In this document: positions 26,876 to 34,752 of the stretch, piece after piece | Layout of the letters: every line of letters starts with the position of its first letter | Numbering within the stretch: position 1 is the stretch's first letter | From: a virus | Lineage: Duplodnaviria > Caudoviricetes | IMG/VR virus record: IMGVR_UViG_3300028326_000306 | Span: 1 to 40,852 of that record | Length of the DNA stretch: 40,852 bases | Direction: 5' to 3' (one strand) | The notes under the pieces: model-generated | What the model saw: only the letters and a program-made list of their open reading frames with translations | What the model was told of the DNA's origin: nothing | Database searches by the model: none | Translations under genes and position numbers: made by a program

Positions 26876-28303
26876 TTATATCCTCCTGAAAAACTCATAT
26901 TTGCCGTAGTCCTTATGGTCCAGCATGCCCAGCGGATCAGTGATGCCATCGGAGCCTACGGTCTTAATATCCTTAGTAACAGTTTGTATATTAAGCGGAT
27001 AGTCCATGCAGACATATCGCCACTCATCATAGTTATGATCTTCCATCTCCGTATTGATGTCCTCAACCTTTGTTTCCGAATACAGAAGTGCAGGAATGCA
27101 GCGGATGAATTCCGGACAGTTACGGAAAACATAGAACATTGGAATGCCGTTCTCATCCATATGCAGCCGGTAGTGACACTGCATCTTGCCTGGAATTCTG
27201 CTGTGGTCTGCAGGCTCAAAGTATACTCTCTGAGTCTCCATCAGCTCTGCTATTGACTTTCCGGTTGACTTCTCGAAGATTGCAGGATCAGCGATGCCTC
27301 TGATCCGCTTGCCTTTAAGATTAGGATCAGTGTCCTCTATCTGCCGTATGGTCTCTGCCACCTTCTCAGGATTCCACTTGACACCCTCATTAGGTGTAGC
27401 AGTACAGCCATACAGCTCTTTGATGCGGTATATCCTCTGCTCAAAGTCAACAGCATACCAACCAACAGAAAATGGTTTACTATATCCCCAGTCAAAGCCT
27501 CTGACTATTTTCCAGTCTGCCGGCACGATAAACGGATCAATGACATGCGATCCCACACGGTCCGCATAATGCTCCGGCACATCAAGCCACTCCTCAAATA
27601 CTTGACCCTCAAACACATCCCATCTGCCGTACAGCCATGCCTCTCTGATCTTTGGAGGCAGTGCCTCCAGCTGTCTGATGTAATCCGGATCGGCAGCCAT
27701 CAGTGCCTTGTTGTCCTGCACTAAGCTCTGAATGAACTCGTAGTCATCAGGATTTTCCATGTCCTTATATCGCCTGTCGATGAACAGCCGCTTGACCCAT
27801 GCATGGCCTACGTTGCCAGGATTGCAGGTGTAATAGGTCCTCTTAGGATATTTGTTGACACCTCTGACGCAAGCATTGAGCTTACGGATGCGGTCCTCAG
27901 TCTGATGTGTAGCCTCATCGACAAACAGCACATCAACTTCTGTTCCCTGGAAGCGTTCAGCATCCTTGTCATTCTCACAATATCTGAACAATATCCTGCT
28001 GCCATTGGGGAATGTTATGTTTTTCTTACTGTCATTATATTTAGCCAGCCGCTTGCTCTTATCACTGTCATACACATGCAGCTGCTCACACAGCGGAATG
28101 ATGTGGTTTTCAGACAGTTCCGGATAGGTTCTACGCACTATCATGATCTTGATGCCTGGAAATCTGTATGCCAGCAGCAGCGACTTGGTCCTAACGGTCC
28201 AGCTCTTGCCTCCGCCTCTCGCTCCGCCAAATGCTACATACTTGCTCCTGGCCTTGAGCATCAGTGCCTGCTTCTCGTTGGGAGGCGATAAAATCAGCTC
28301 CAT
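26876..28303 (-). CDS. terL: Terminase large subunit
   Basis: Walker A GGARGGGKS, Walker B LFVDEA, TCNPG, nuclease motifs GFDWG and EDHNYDEWRY. Confidence 0.95.
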   Translation of the reverse strand: MELILSPPNEKQALMLKARSKYVAFGGARGGGKSWTVRTKSLLLAYRFPGIKIMIVRRTYPELSENHIIPLCEQLHVYDSDKSKRLAKYNDSKKNITFPNGSRILFRYCENDKDAERFQGTEVDVLFVDEATHQTEDRIRKLNACVRGVNKYPKRTYYTCNPGNVGHAWVKRLFIDRRYKDMENPDDYEFIQSLVQDNKALMAADPDYIRQLEALPPKIREAWLYGRWDVFEGQVFEEWLDVPEHYADRVGSHVIDPFIVPADWKIVRGFDWGYSKPFSVGWYAVDFEQRIYRIKELYGCTATPNEGVKWNPEKVAETIRQIEDTDPNLKGKRIRGIADPAIFEKSTGKSIAELMETQRVYFEPADHSRIPGKMQCHYRLHMDENGIPMFYVFRNCPEFIRCIPALLYSETKVEDINTEMEDHNYDEWRYVCMDYPLNIQTVTKDIKTVGSDGITDPLGMLDHKDYGKYEFFRRI

Positions 28304-28875
28304 TAATCAGCCCACCCTTCTGCATCATCATCAGCAAAACGCACAATAACCTCATGATCCTGCTGATCCGCATCTGCTGCAGCTCTCTGCTTATCCAGCT
28401 CCAGCTTTTCTCTTGCCAGTGCCAGCTGCTCAGACTGCTCAGGTGTCAGTATTCCATTCATGGACCGCTTCATCTGCTCAAGCAGCTTAAGCGTCTGAGC
28501 CGCATCCTTTAGCGAACGCATGTCTACCTTCTGAAACACACGCTCCTCGCTGTCAAACGCACCATCAAGACCAACATTAACGATGAACCGGTTGAACTGA
28601 TCCGCATCCTTTAAAGCTGTGTTCAGATGCTTCTCCAGCAGCGTCAGGCAGTCAAGCTCTTTTACCATGATGTTTGCCTGCTTTGTGGCAGTCTTTTGTA
28701 TTACTTTTGTATGCACCTTGTTTGCATACTGCTGCCTGCTTTTACACCACCCTTCCGACTTGCTGTGTTTGGCTATGGTACAAGCATTAACACCATACTT
28801 ATCCGCTAACGCTCTGATAGATTTATTGGATGTAATATATTCAGTTTTGATTTTCTCCCAATCAATCTTATTCAT
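28303..28875 (-). CDS. terS: Terminase small subunit
   Basis: DWEKIKTEYIT...SIRALADKYGV HTH N-terminus; stop overlaps the terL start. Confidence 0.85.
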   Translation of the reverse strand: MNKIDWEKIKTEYITSNKSIRALADKYGVNACTIAKHSKSEGWCKSRQQYANKVHTKVIQKTATKQANIMVKELDCLTLLEKHLNTALKDADQFNRFIVNVGLDGAFDSEERVFQKVDMRSLKDAAQTLKLLEQMKRSMNGILTPEQSEQLALAREKLELDKQRAAADADQQDHEVIVRFADDDAEGWAD

Positions 28876-28881
28876 ACAAAT

Positions 28882-28919
28882 AAAATAGCAGTTAAAGATT
28901 TTAAATGTGACCGCCTACC
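28882..28919 (-). promoter_or_regulatory. Putative late promoter for the packaging operon
   Basis: Minus strand GGTAGGCG-GTCACA-N15-TGC-TATTTT, ending 6 nt before the terS ATG. Confidence 0.65.
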
Positions 28920-28929
28920 CCATGCCAAT

Positions 28930-28953
28930 AAAAAAGCAGCCGGTAATGGCTGC
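28930..28953 (-). terminator. Intrinsic terminator upstream of the late promoter
   Basis: Minus strand GCAGCC-ATTACC-GGCTGC-TTTTTT. Confidence 0.7.
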
Positions 28954-29082
28954 AGCATAATAGCAAACAGATCAGACTGAATAGACAGACGGATAGACGG
29001 ATTTATTAATATAATTACTTAATAATCTACATATAAAAAAAGAAAAAGAATAATATAATATATATATAATATAATAATAAAG

Positions 29083-29113
29083 AAAAAAGCTCCTGAATAA
29101 ATCAAGAGCTTTT
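29083..29113 (-). terminator. Terminator ending the early/middle operon (possibly bidirectional)
   Basis: AAAAGCTCcTGA-ATAAA-TCAaGAGCTTTT inverted repeat just past the stop at 29119. Confidence 0.65.
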
Positions 29114-29118
29114 AATAT

Positions 29119-29391
29119 TTATTTACTGTCGCTGATCCTCTGCAGCGTTCTCTCTATCTTGTACTTCCTCCATGACCATACTGCATCATTGCCTTCCATG
29201 AGATATTTAATTTGAGCAATCATGATCTCTACGTCAGCGATCTCCTCCATAACATGATCCCATGTTTCAACGGTCCGTTCTCCACGATGCTTAAGTATTG
29301 CCTGAGCCAGCTCCATGCATTCCTCTACTGCCTTCAGCTCCTGTGCATCCAGCTTAAAATGGTCAGCTATACATTTAATATTTTCTTCCAT
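29119..29391 (-). CDS. MazG-like nucleotide pyrophosphohydrolase
   Basis: EECMEL...EEIADV acidic motifs; start moved to ATG at 29391 after a GGAG RBS. Confidence 0.8.
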   Translation of the reverse strand: MEENIKCIADHFKLDAQELKAVEECMELAQAILKHRGERTVETWDHVMEEIADVEIMIAQIKYLMEGNDAVWSWRKYKIERTLQRISDSK

Positions 29392-29399
29392 GTCTGCTC

Positions 29400-29804
29400 C
29401 TATTCTACAATCTGCCAATCATCCTCTAGGATGTCGCTCTGTGATGCCAGCCATATCTGAAATGATCCATCCGCACACCTCATCTGTAGGTACGGCCTAA
29501 CTTTAAACAGACTGCCCTCCGGAATGCCTATCGCATCTGCAGTGTTCTTGTTAGCTGGAATTCCTTCCGGATAACCTGATCTGTAAACCACATACATACC
29601 CTTGCCATTCCATCCCTCTCTTGCAATCTTCTTTCCAGCTTTTAAAGCCATTAATGCATCACTGAATGACAATCCTTCCCTAACATGTTCCCATCTCATT
29701 TCTTTTTCTCCTTTCACTTTTACTGTAATTGATTCATTTGTTATTACAATATCGCACATTAATGCGTTATTGATTTGGTCTCTTGTTATTACTGTGGTTT
29801 TCAT
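29400..29804 (-). CDS. DUF2829 / Tad2-like protein (candidate immune-signal sponge)
   Basis: SFSDALMALKAGKKIAREGWNGKGMYV...PYLQMRCADG...WLASQSDILEDDW, the DUF2829 signature, after a ~40-aa N-terminal extension. Confidence 0.85.
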   Translation of the reverse strand: MKTTVITRDQINNALMCDIVITNESITVKVKGEKEMRWEHVREGLSFSDALMALKAGKKIAREGWNGKGMYVVYRSGYPEGIPANKNTADAIGIPEGSLFKVRPYLQMRCADGSFQIWLASQSDILEDDWQIVE

Positions 29805-30109
29805 TCCGCACCGCCTTTCACTATGTCGATTGCACGTTGGATGCCTTTGTAAAAACCATTGGTTTGGTCACCATTGTTAGCTCTACGTTTTGTGGCACAT
29901 TTCATTTCTACTGCTATGGCAGTTCTTAACTGCGTTATTTTCTCGTCCACATCGTAGGCTGTCGGTTGTTCTTCGACTGTCATAATCGTACTTACGAGTG
30001 CATCTTCCAATGTTATTGTTTTAGGCTCATCAGCATGTGGTTCAAACATTTTTATCAATTCTTTTTTCAGTGCATCCGCACTTATTAATCTATCGCTCAC
30101 TTGTGCCAC
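29801..30109 (-). CDS. Hypothetical phage protein (RLISAD...PTAYDVD type)
   Basis: Overlapping start/stop with its neighbours; paralogous to 30090-30398. Confidence 0.7.
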   Translation of the reverse strand: MAQVSDRLISADALKKELIKMFEPHADEPKTITLEDALVSTIMTVEEQPTAYDVDEKITQLRTAIAVEMKCATKRRANNGDQTNGFYKGIQRAIDIVKGGAE

Positions 30110-30398
30110 CGTCTTTCACTATGTTGTATACTTTATTTGCCCTCAAAAATAAATTCCATTTGTGGTCAAATAATGTATCATGATGACCATTTCCCGCTAA
30201 CTTTTGCAATTGTTTTATCTTTTCGTCAACATCATATGCTGTCGGCTCATTTCTTATTAGATTTTTCACATCTCTTATGGTCAATGTAATTGGGAAATTA
30301 TCACAATAATATTCGGGAATAGTGTCACCATTGGAATTAACCAATAATTTTATCATTAATGAATTGGCACTAATTAATCTATCACTCATCTTACTCAC
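30090..30398 (-). CDS. Hypothetical phage protein (RLISAN...PTAYDVD type)
   Basis: AGGAG RBS, overlapping neighbours; paralogous to 29801-30109. Confidence 0.7.
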   Translation of the reverse strand: MSKMSDRLISANSLMIKLLVNSNGDTIPEYYCDNFPITLTIRDVKNLIRNEPTAYDVDEKIKQLQKLAGNGHHDTLFDHKWNLFLRANKVYNIVKDGGTSER

Positions 30399-30720
30399 TC
30401 TCCTTCAATTCCTGGTCTATTTCTATACTATATCTCCACGGACGTTTTTCTTTTTCTTTTCCCCACATTCCTGTGTTATAATATACATCTTCAACGTGTT
30501 TATCCGGATGTTCAGATTCTACTTTAATTACGAGGATTCCACATTTAAACTCATATACGACGATTTTATTTTCTAAAAAATCCCATGTCATATCATCGTC
30601 CCGTCTTGCTTCACAGACGAGCCCTTTAAAAACAGGCATGTTTTGGTCATAATCATTGTTTGAGTAAATCCATACTTGTTGCCAATATACACTTTTATCT
30701 AGCATTTCATATAATGTCAT
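30391..30720 (-). CDS. Hypothetical phage protein
   Basis: 109-aa ORF packed in the operon with a GGAGG RBS; no motif recognised. Confidence 0.65.
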   Translation of the reverse strand: MTLYEMLDKSVYWQQVWIYSNNDYDQNMPVFKGLVCEARRDDDMTWDFLENKIVVYEFKCGILVIKVESEHPDKHVEDVYYNTGMWGKEKEKRPWRYSIEIDQELKESE

Positions 30721-30893
30721 TCCTGCTCACCCTCCTCAATTTTGTAAATCGTATATTTTCCAGCAGCTTTTACACCTCTTGACACTGCACAGTAAAATAC
30801 ACTCTCATTCTTTTGATTTAAAAATTTAACGCACTCTCTTGATGTACCGCAGAAGCAGCACATGTCATCGTCATCGTATAAAGCATATAGCAT
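30717..30893 (-). CDS. 58-aa small phage protein, possible HTH/NUMOD1-like (not in the ORF track)
   Basis: MLYALYDDDDMCCFCGTSRECVKFL...; fills the gap after ssb; stop overlaps the next start (ATGA). Confidence 0.65.
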   Translation of the reverse strand: MLYALYDDDDMCCFCGTSRECVKFLNQKNESVFYCAVSRGVKAAGKYTIYKIEEGEQE

Positions 30894-30902
30894 GGCATGC
30901 CT

Positions 30903-31310
30903 CTAAAAAGGTGTATCTAAGTCTGTGTCCTGAAATGCAGCCGGCATTTCTTCCTGAATGTCATCCGGACCGGCAGCAGCTGGCCCCTGCTTATGATCTC
31001 CCCACTCTAGGAACTCAACTCGTTCCGCAGCCACATCCGTAGTGTAGATAGTATTACCGGACCGATCTGTATATGATCCGGTCTGAATCCTGCCCTGCAC
31101 ACCTACGAGTCTGCCCTTCGCAAGATACTTCTCGCAGTTTTCAGCCTGCTTGCCGAATACATTGATCCTCGGATAATCTGTTTTCTTATCATCACCCTTT
31201 TTAACCGGTCTGTCTATTGCTATGCTGAATGTTGCTACAGCCAGCTGTGAGGCTGTATATTTTACTTCAGGATCACGAGTGAGCCTGCCTATCAATGTTA
31301 CGCTATTCAT
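30903..31310 (-). CDS. ssb: Single-stranded DNA-binding protein
   Basis: MNSVTLIGRLTRDPE, KGRLVGVQGRIQTGSY, acidic tail ending PF. Confidence 0.97.
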   Translation of the reverse strand: MNSVTLIGRLTRDPEVKYTASQLAVATFSIAIDRPVKKGDDKKTDYPRINVFGKQAENCEKYLAKGRLVGVQGRIQTGSYTDRSGNTIYTTDVAAERVEFLEWGDHKQGPAAAGPDDIQEEMPAAFQDTDLDTPF

Positions 31311-31513
31311 CTTTTAATCCGCCTTTCATTTGCTCTTTTTCGTTTAGTGTGTGACCATTCTACAAATGTTGTGTTGTAGTTTTCATGGTTCCCTATGACT
31401 ATCTTGTTGTACTGTTCATTCCTTCCGGTAAAATCTTTATAATCCAAGCATCTGCTGTGACACTCTGCCGATCTTATGTCGCATCCGTAACATGGATTTT
31501 TAGGCTTGATCAA
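31307..31513 (-). CDS. Small Cys/His-rich (Zn-binding) phage protein
   Basis: PCYGCDIRSAECHSRCLDY motif; overlapping neighbours. Confidence 0.7.
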   Translation of the reverse strand: MIKPKNPCYGCDIRSAECHSRCLDYKDFTGRNEQYNKIVIGNHENYNTTFVEWSHTKRKRANERRIKR

Positions 31514-31781
31514 CCAGCCCTACCTCCATCCTGTAAAGGTCCTTGATGTCATCGTACAGTGCCAAAATCTCATCTTTAATCGGCCTCACAAACATATTGG
31601 CAAGTGTTGGCATCTCTTTAATATCGCATCTGATTGCATCGCCATCTCGCACTATGGCAAAGTCATCATAAGTTGCAATATAGGTTGTCCGTTTATCCGC
31701 TATGGACTCTATGCCATAGTATGTTGGGCTTTTATCCAGCCTCTGCCTGATTCCAGGCTTGCAGTTATATCTTACCAGCAT
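31500..31781 (-). CDS. Hypothetical phage protein
   Basis: 93-aa ORF with GGAGG RBS, abutting the upstream gene. Confidence 0.65.
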   Translation of the reverse strand: MLVRYNCKPGIRQRLDKSPTYYGIESIADKRTTYIATYDDFAIVRDGDAIRCDIKEMPTLANMFVRPIKDEILALYDDIKDLYRMEVGLVDQA

Positions 31782-32264
31782 TTAAACCTCCAAGATTTCC
31801 AGCTCAGGATAACGATATTCAAACAGCTTTTTCTTCAGCCGGTACACATCGGTCCTAAAACCTTTAGCATCAATCACATATACCTTCCCAGTGTCATCCT
31901 TATACTGGAAGTCAGCTACATATTCGATCTTCCGGTAATGCTTACCGTTCTTTTCAAATGCCGGCTGCAGCTCAAACCTTGGCTGCAGCTTAAGATCAGT
32001 GATCTCTCCGGCTATTTCTTGATACTTAAGAACATCGTATATATTAGCTTCCTTGTATGAATCAAAAGTGATGCCATCAACTATTGCTTTCTTATTGCCG
32101 AATTTGCTATCAGTTTTAATCCGAGAGCGTTTTTTATCAGCATTTCGATTAATCCCATTATGGGATGATTCAGACACGTTAAATCGGCTGTTTTTCCGAT
32201 TCGCTATCTCCAGTTTCTTTTTCACCTGCATCTGATATTTCTTCGGCAATTCCTCTATCATCAT
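31782..32264 (-). CDS. DUF1064-family PD-(D/E)xK nuclease (possible resolvase)
   Basis: SKFGNKK..VDGITFDSYKEA, LQPRFEL, YVADF...IDAKG...YRLKKKLF. Confidence 0.85.
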   Translation of the reverse strand: MMIEELPKKYQMQVKKKLEIANRKNSRFNVSESSHNGINRNADKKRSRIKTDSKFGNKKAIVDGITFDSYKEANIYDVLKYQEIAGEITDLKLQPRFELQPAFEKNGKHYRKIEYVADFQYKDDTGKVYVIDAKGFRTDVYRLKKKLFEYRYPELEILEV

Positions 32265-32805
32265 TTTCTGCGATCCTTTCCGCTGTCTTAAGTATTAGAA
32301 TTCTGTCATTTTCAGGACTAACCTCAAACTTAAAGATGTAATTCTGCCGGAATGATTCCAGCTCTCCAGTGTCAATTTCTGTTATCCCATTTTGGTACAT
32401 AACTGCAGCCAGCTCCATCAGAGCTATACTTTCTCTGCTCACTGCTATTTTAACCATGCCCTGCAGCTTCTTGATCTCACGCTGTTTGATCTCTATGTTT
32501 GACGCTACGTTACGTTCCACAATGCCGATGTACTGGATCAGCCGCTTAATCCTGCGTTCCTTGCTGTCATTATAGAACCTAAGACGCATATTACTTATGG
32601 CCTCTTTATCCTCCAGCTTGGATGATTCATCGTATACGGCCTGCAGCTGCATGTAGTAGTTGCAGCTTTTGTAGTTGTCCTGACACACATTCAGCAGATG
32701 CGTTTTCTTTTTATCCAAGTCATTAAAGAACTTGATGCATCCCTCACAGCTTATTGTTCTGCGTTTGTCCCCATTGTAGTAAGGACATTTAATTACATAT
32801 CCCAT
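32179..32805 (-). CDS. Cys4 Zn-finger plus coiled-coil protein
   Basis: CPYY...SCEG...C...SCNYY N-terminus; start moved to ATG at 32805 after GGAAGGA. Confidence 0.6.
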   Translation of the reverse strand: MGYVIKCPYYNGDKRRTISCEGCIKFFNDLDKKKTHLLNVCQDNYKSCNYYMQLQAVYDESSKLEDKEAISNMRLRFYNDSKERRIKRLIQYIGIVERNVASNIEIKQREIKKLQGMVKIAVSRESIALMELAAVMYQNGITEIDTGELESFRQNYIFKFEVSPENDRILILKTAERIAENDDRGIAEEISDAGEKETGDSESEKQPI

Positions 32806-32807
32806 AT

Positions 32808-33671
32808 TCAATTCCTTCCCAGCCATTCTTTGACTCTGCGATTGATTTCATCCTCGGCCTCACGGTCCCTCATCTCAGCCTCTGCCAATACTCTGTTGCG
32901 TTCTGCCTCTGCAGCTTTTGTTCCCCACTGCATTTCCTCAGCACATTTTTTAGCATAGGCATAAGGTTTGCGGATCGGCTCCGGATTATCCCTATCCTTT
33001 AGCTTAGTGTTAATTGCCTTTATCAGACCAGGAACATCTGTATATATTTCATTCAGTCTGTCAATATCCTTATCAGATAAACATAATAATATACTATGAC
33101 TGATAGACTCTTTATCTATATCTATATCTATATCTATATCTTGATCTGACTCTGACTCTGTTCCGTTACTTAACGTGACCGTAACGTTATGCGTAACGTT
33201 ACTATTAACGTTACCTTTTTCTGTTTTGTCCATATTAGCGTTGACATCATCCTTACTTTTAGACCTATAACGCTGCTGACGCATCCGATTCTGTTCTTTT
33301 ATCCGGTCCATGCCCTCAATGTTTTGGTACTTTCCCCAGTTGGATAATTGCATAACGTTTTTGGTAATGTTACCTGTAACGTTATCCGTAACGTTACTAA
33401 CGTTACTAATCATCCCAAACTTTTCAAAGACCTTAATGGCCCTTATCACCATTTCTTCCGATCTGCCAAACTGCTGGGCCAGCATCTCAGCATCGTATGG
33501 GATGTCCTTAGTCAGATAGACCATGCCGTCATCATTAACGCTACCGGCTAAACAGATCAGCTTGAACCAAATGATTATGATGCTGTCACCTTCAGGCATA
33601 CGTTCTATCTGTTTAATTTTCCGATTGTCGAAGATGTCAACGGCTATTTTGATCCATTTTATTTCCGACAT
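32808..33671 (-). CDS. Phage replisome organiser / replication initiator
   Basis: IKWIKIAVDIFDNRKIKQIE...IWFKLICLAG, NWGKYQ, internal NVT and DIDID repeats typical of origin-containing initiators. Confidence 0.9.
   Translation of the reverse strand: MSEIKWIKIAVDIFDNRKIKQIERMPEGDSIIIIWFKLICLAGSVNDDGMVYLTKDIPYDAEMLAQQFGRSEEMVIRAIKVFEKFGMISNVSNVTDNVTGNITKNVMQLSNWGKYQNIEGMDRIKEQNRMRQQRYRSKSKDDVNANMDKTEKGNVNSNVTHNVTVTLSNGTESESDQDIDIDIDIDKESISHSILLCLSDKDIDRLNEIYTDVPGLIKAINTKLKDRDNPEPIRKPYAYAKKCAEEMQWGTKAAEAERNRVLAEAEMRDREAEDEINRRVKEWLGRN
33171..33405. repeat. Origin iterons within the initiator gene
   Basis: Palindromic TAACGTTA at 33182, 33194, 33206, 33377, 33389 and 33398, with variants at 33171, 33353 and 33365; mostly 12-bp spacing in two clusters. 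Confidence 0.75.
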
Positions 33672-33868
33672 TTCCCATCCTCCCTTAGATACATGAATCT
33701 TACCTCAAATGCACCATGAGATAATGCTCTAACTCTGCATCTGTGCTGAGACTCTCGCTCCTGCTTTTCTGTTTTATAAAACGGACACCCTTTACTTCCG
33801 CATGCCGGATGCATTTCTGCCAATCCGTTGCATCTGCCTGGGCCAGCTAACATAATACATTTATCCAT
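33659..33868 (-). CDS. Small Cys-rich phage protein
   Basis: C...C..L...CGSKGCPFYKT motif; GGAGG RBS. Confidence 0.7.
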   Translation of the reverse strand: MDKCIMLAGPGRCNGLAEMHPACGSKGCPFYKTEKQERESQHRCRVRALSHGAFEVRFMYLREDGKCRK

Positions 33869-33876
33869 TGTGCCTC

Positions 33877-34752
33877 CTATTTATACTGGTAATTCTCCCA
33901 GTCTGTTGCTCTGAAAACAAACTTATTGTTGCACCATCGCTGCAGCTTTTTTGTGACTGCAGGAGCGTTTGGTCTGTCATACACCATCACAAAGGGATCG
34001 TAGTCCAGCTCCCTAAGTTTTATGATTCTTTCTAAATCCTGCTCGTGATTAGTATTAAAGTTGGTAAGCACGTACACCCTAAGCTCTCTTCCTCTTTTCT
34101 GAAGAAGCGGCCTGAAATACTTCAGCTTCTCGTAGGTTTTAAACTCATAGTTGTCCCAAGCAAAATGCAGCATTTTTAACTTCATCCTTGACAGCTGGTC
34201 CGCACCCTTGTCTGTTAAGCATCTTATGTCCAGCCCTTGGTTGAATTCAATCTTTGCTTTAGTTTTAATCAGCTCATCAAAGATCTGTTCACACTCTTTA
34301 CTGGCAGTGATGTTTGGATCAAGCAGTATGATGTTTTTCTGTCCTTGCCAAAATTCACTCAGATCAGCTACCTTATGACTGACCAAACCTTCCTTGTCTC
34401 CTACGATGCAAAAGTCACAATGTCTAGGGCATCCTCGTGTGATGAAGCCGTAAGCAGTATCCTCGATGCCATATAACGAGTAGTCAGGATACATATGCTC
34501 TATATTATCCGCAAGCGGACCGTCACCTGCGTATCCTGTACCACCGGTTATAATTGAATCGGCATTGATGCATGTCATTTCATCCTCAGAGTAAGTGCTG
34601 TCAAATACCTTAGCTTTATAAACAGTGTCATAATGCTTGAATCCGTTCCACCATTCAACATGATTGCCTAACGATTTTTCATAGGCAGCTATTTTCATTA
34701 ATGCAACATTGGGAAAGTTATGGCTGTCTACATCAATCATTCCTATGTCCAT
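33877..34752 (-). CDS. Radical SAM protein
   Basis: TRGCPRHCDFC (CxxxCxxC), LLDPN, FNQGLDIR; N-terminal IDVDSHNFPNVALMKI domain. Confidence 0.88.
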   Translation of the reverse strand: MDIGMIDVDSHNFPNVALMKIAAYEKSLGNHVEWWNGFKHYDTVYKAKVFDSTYSEDEMTCINADSIITGGTGYAGDGPLADNIEHMYPDYSLYGIEDTAYGFITRGCPRHCDFCIVGDKEGLVSHKVADLSEFWQGQKNIILLDPNITASKECEQIFDELIKTKAKIEFNQGLDIRCLTDKGADQLSRMKLKMLHFAWDNYEFKTYEKLKYFRPLLQKRGRELRVYVLTNFNTNHEQDLERIIKLRELDYDPFVMVYDRPNAPAVTKKLQRWCNNKFVFRATDWENYQYK

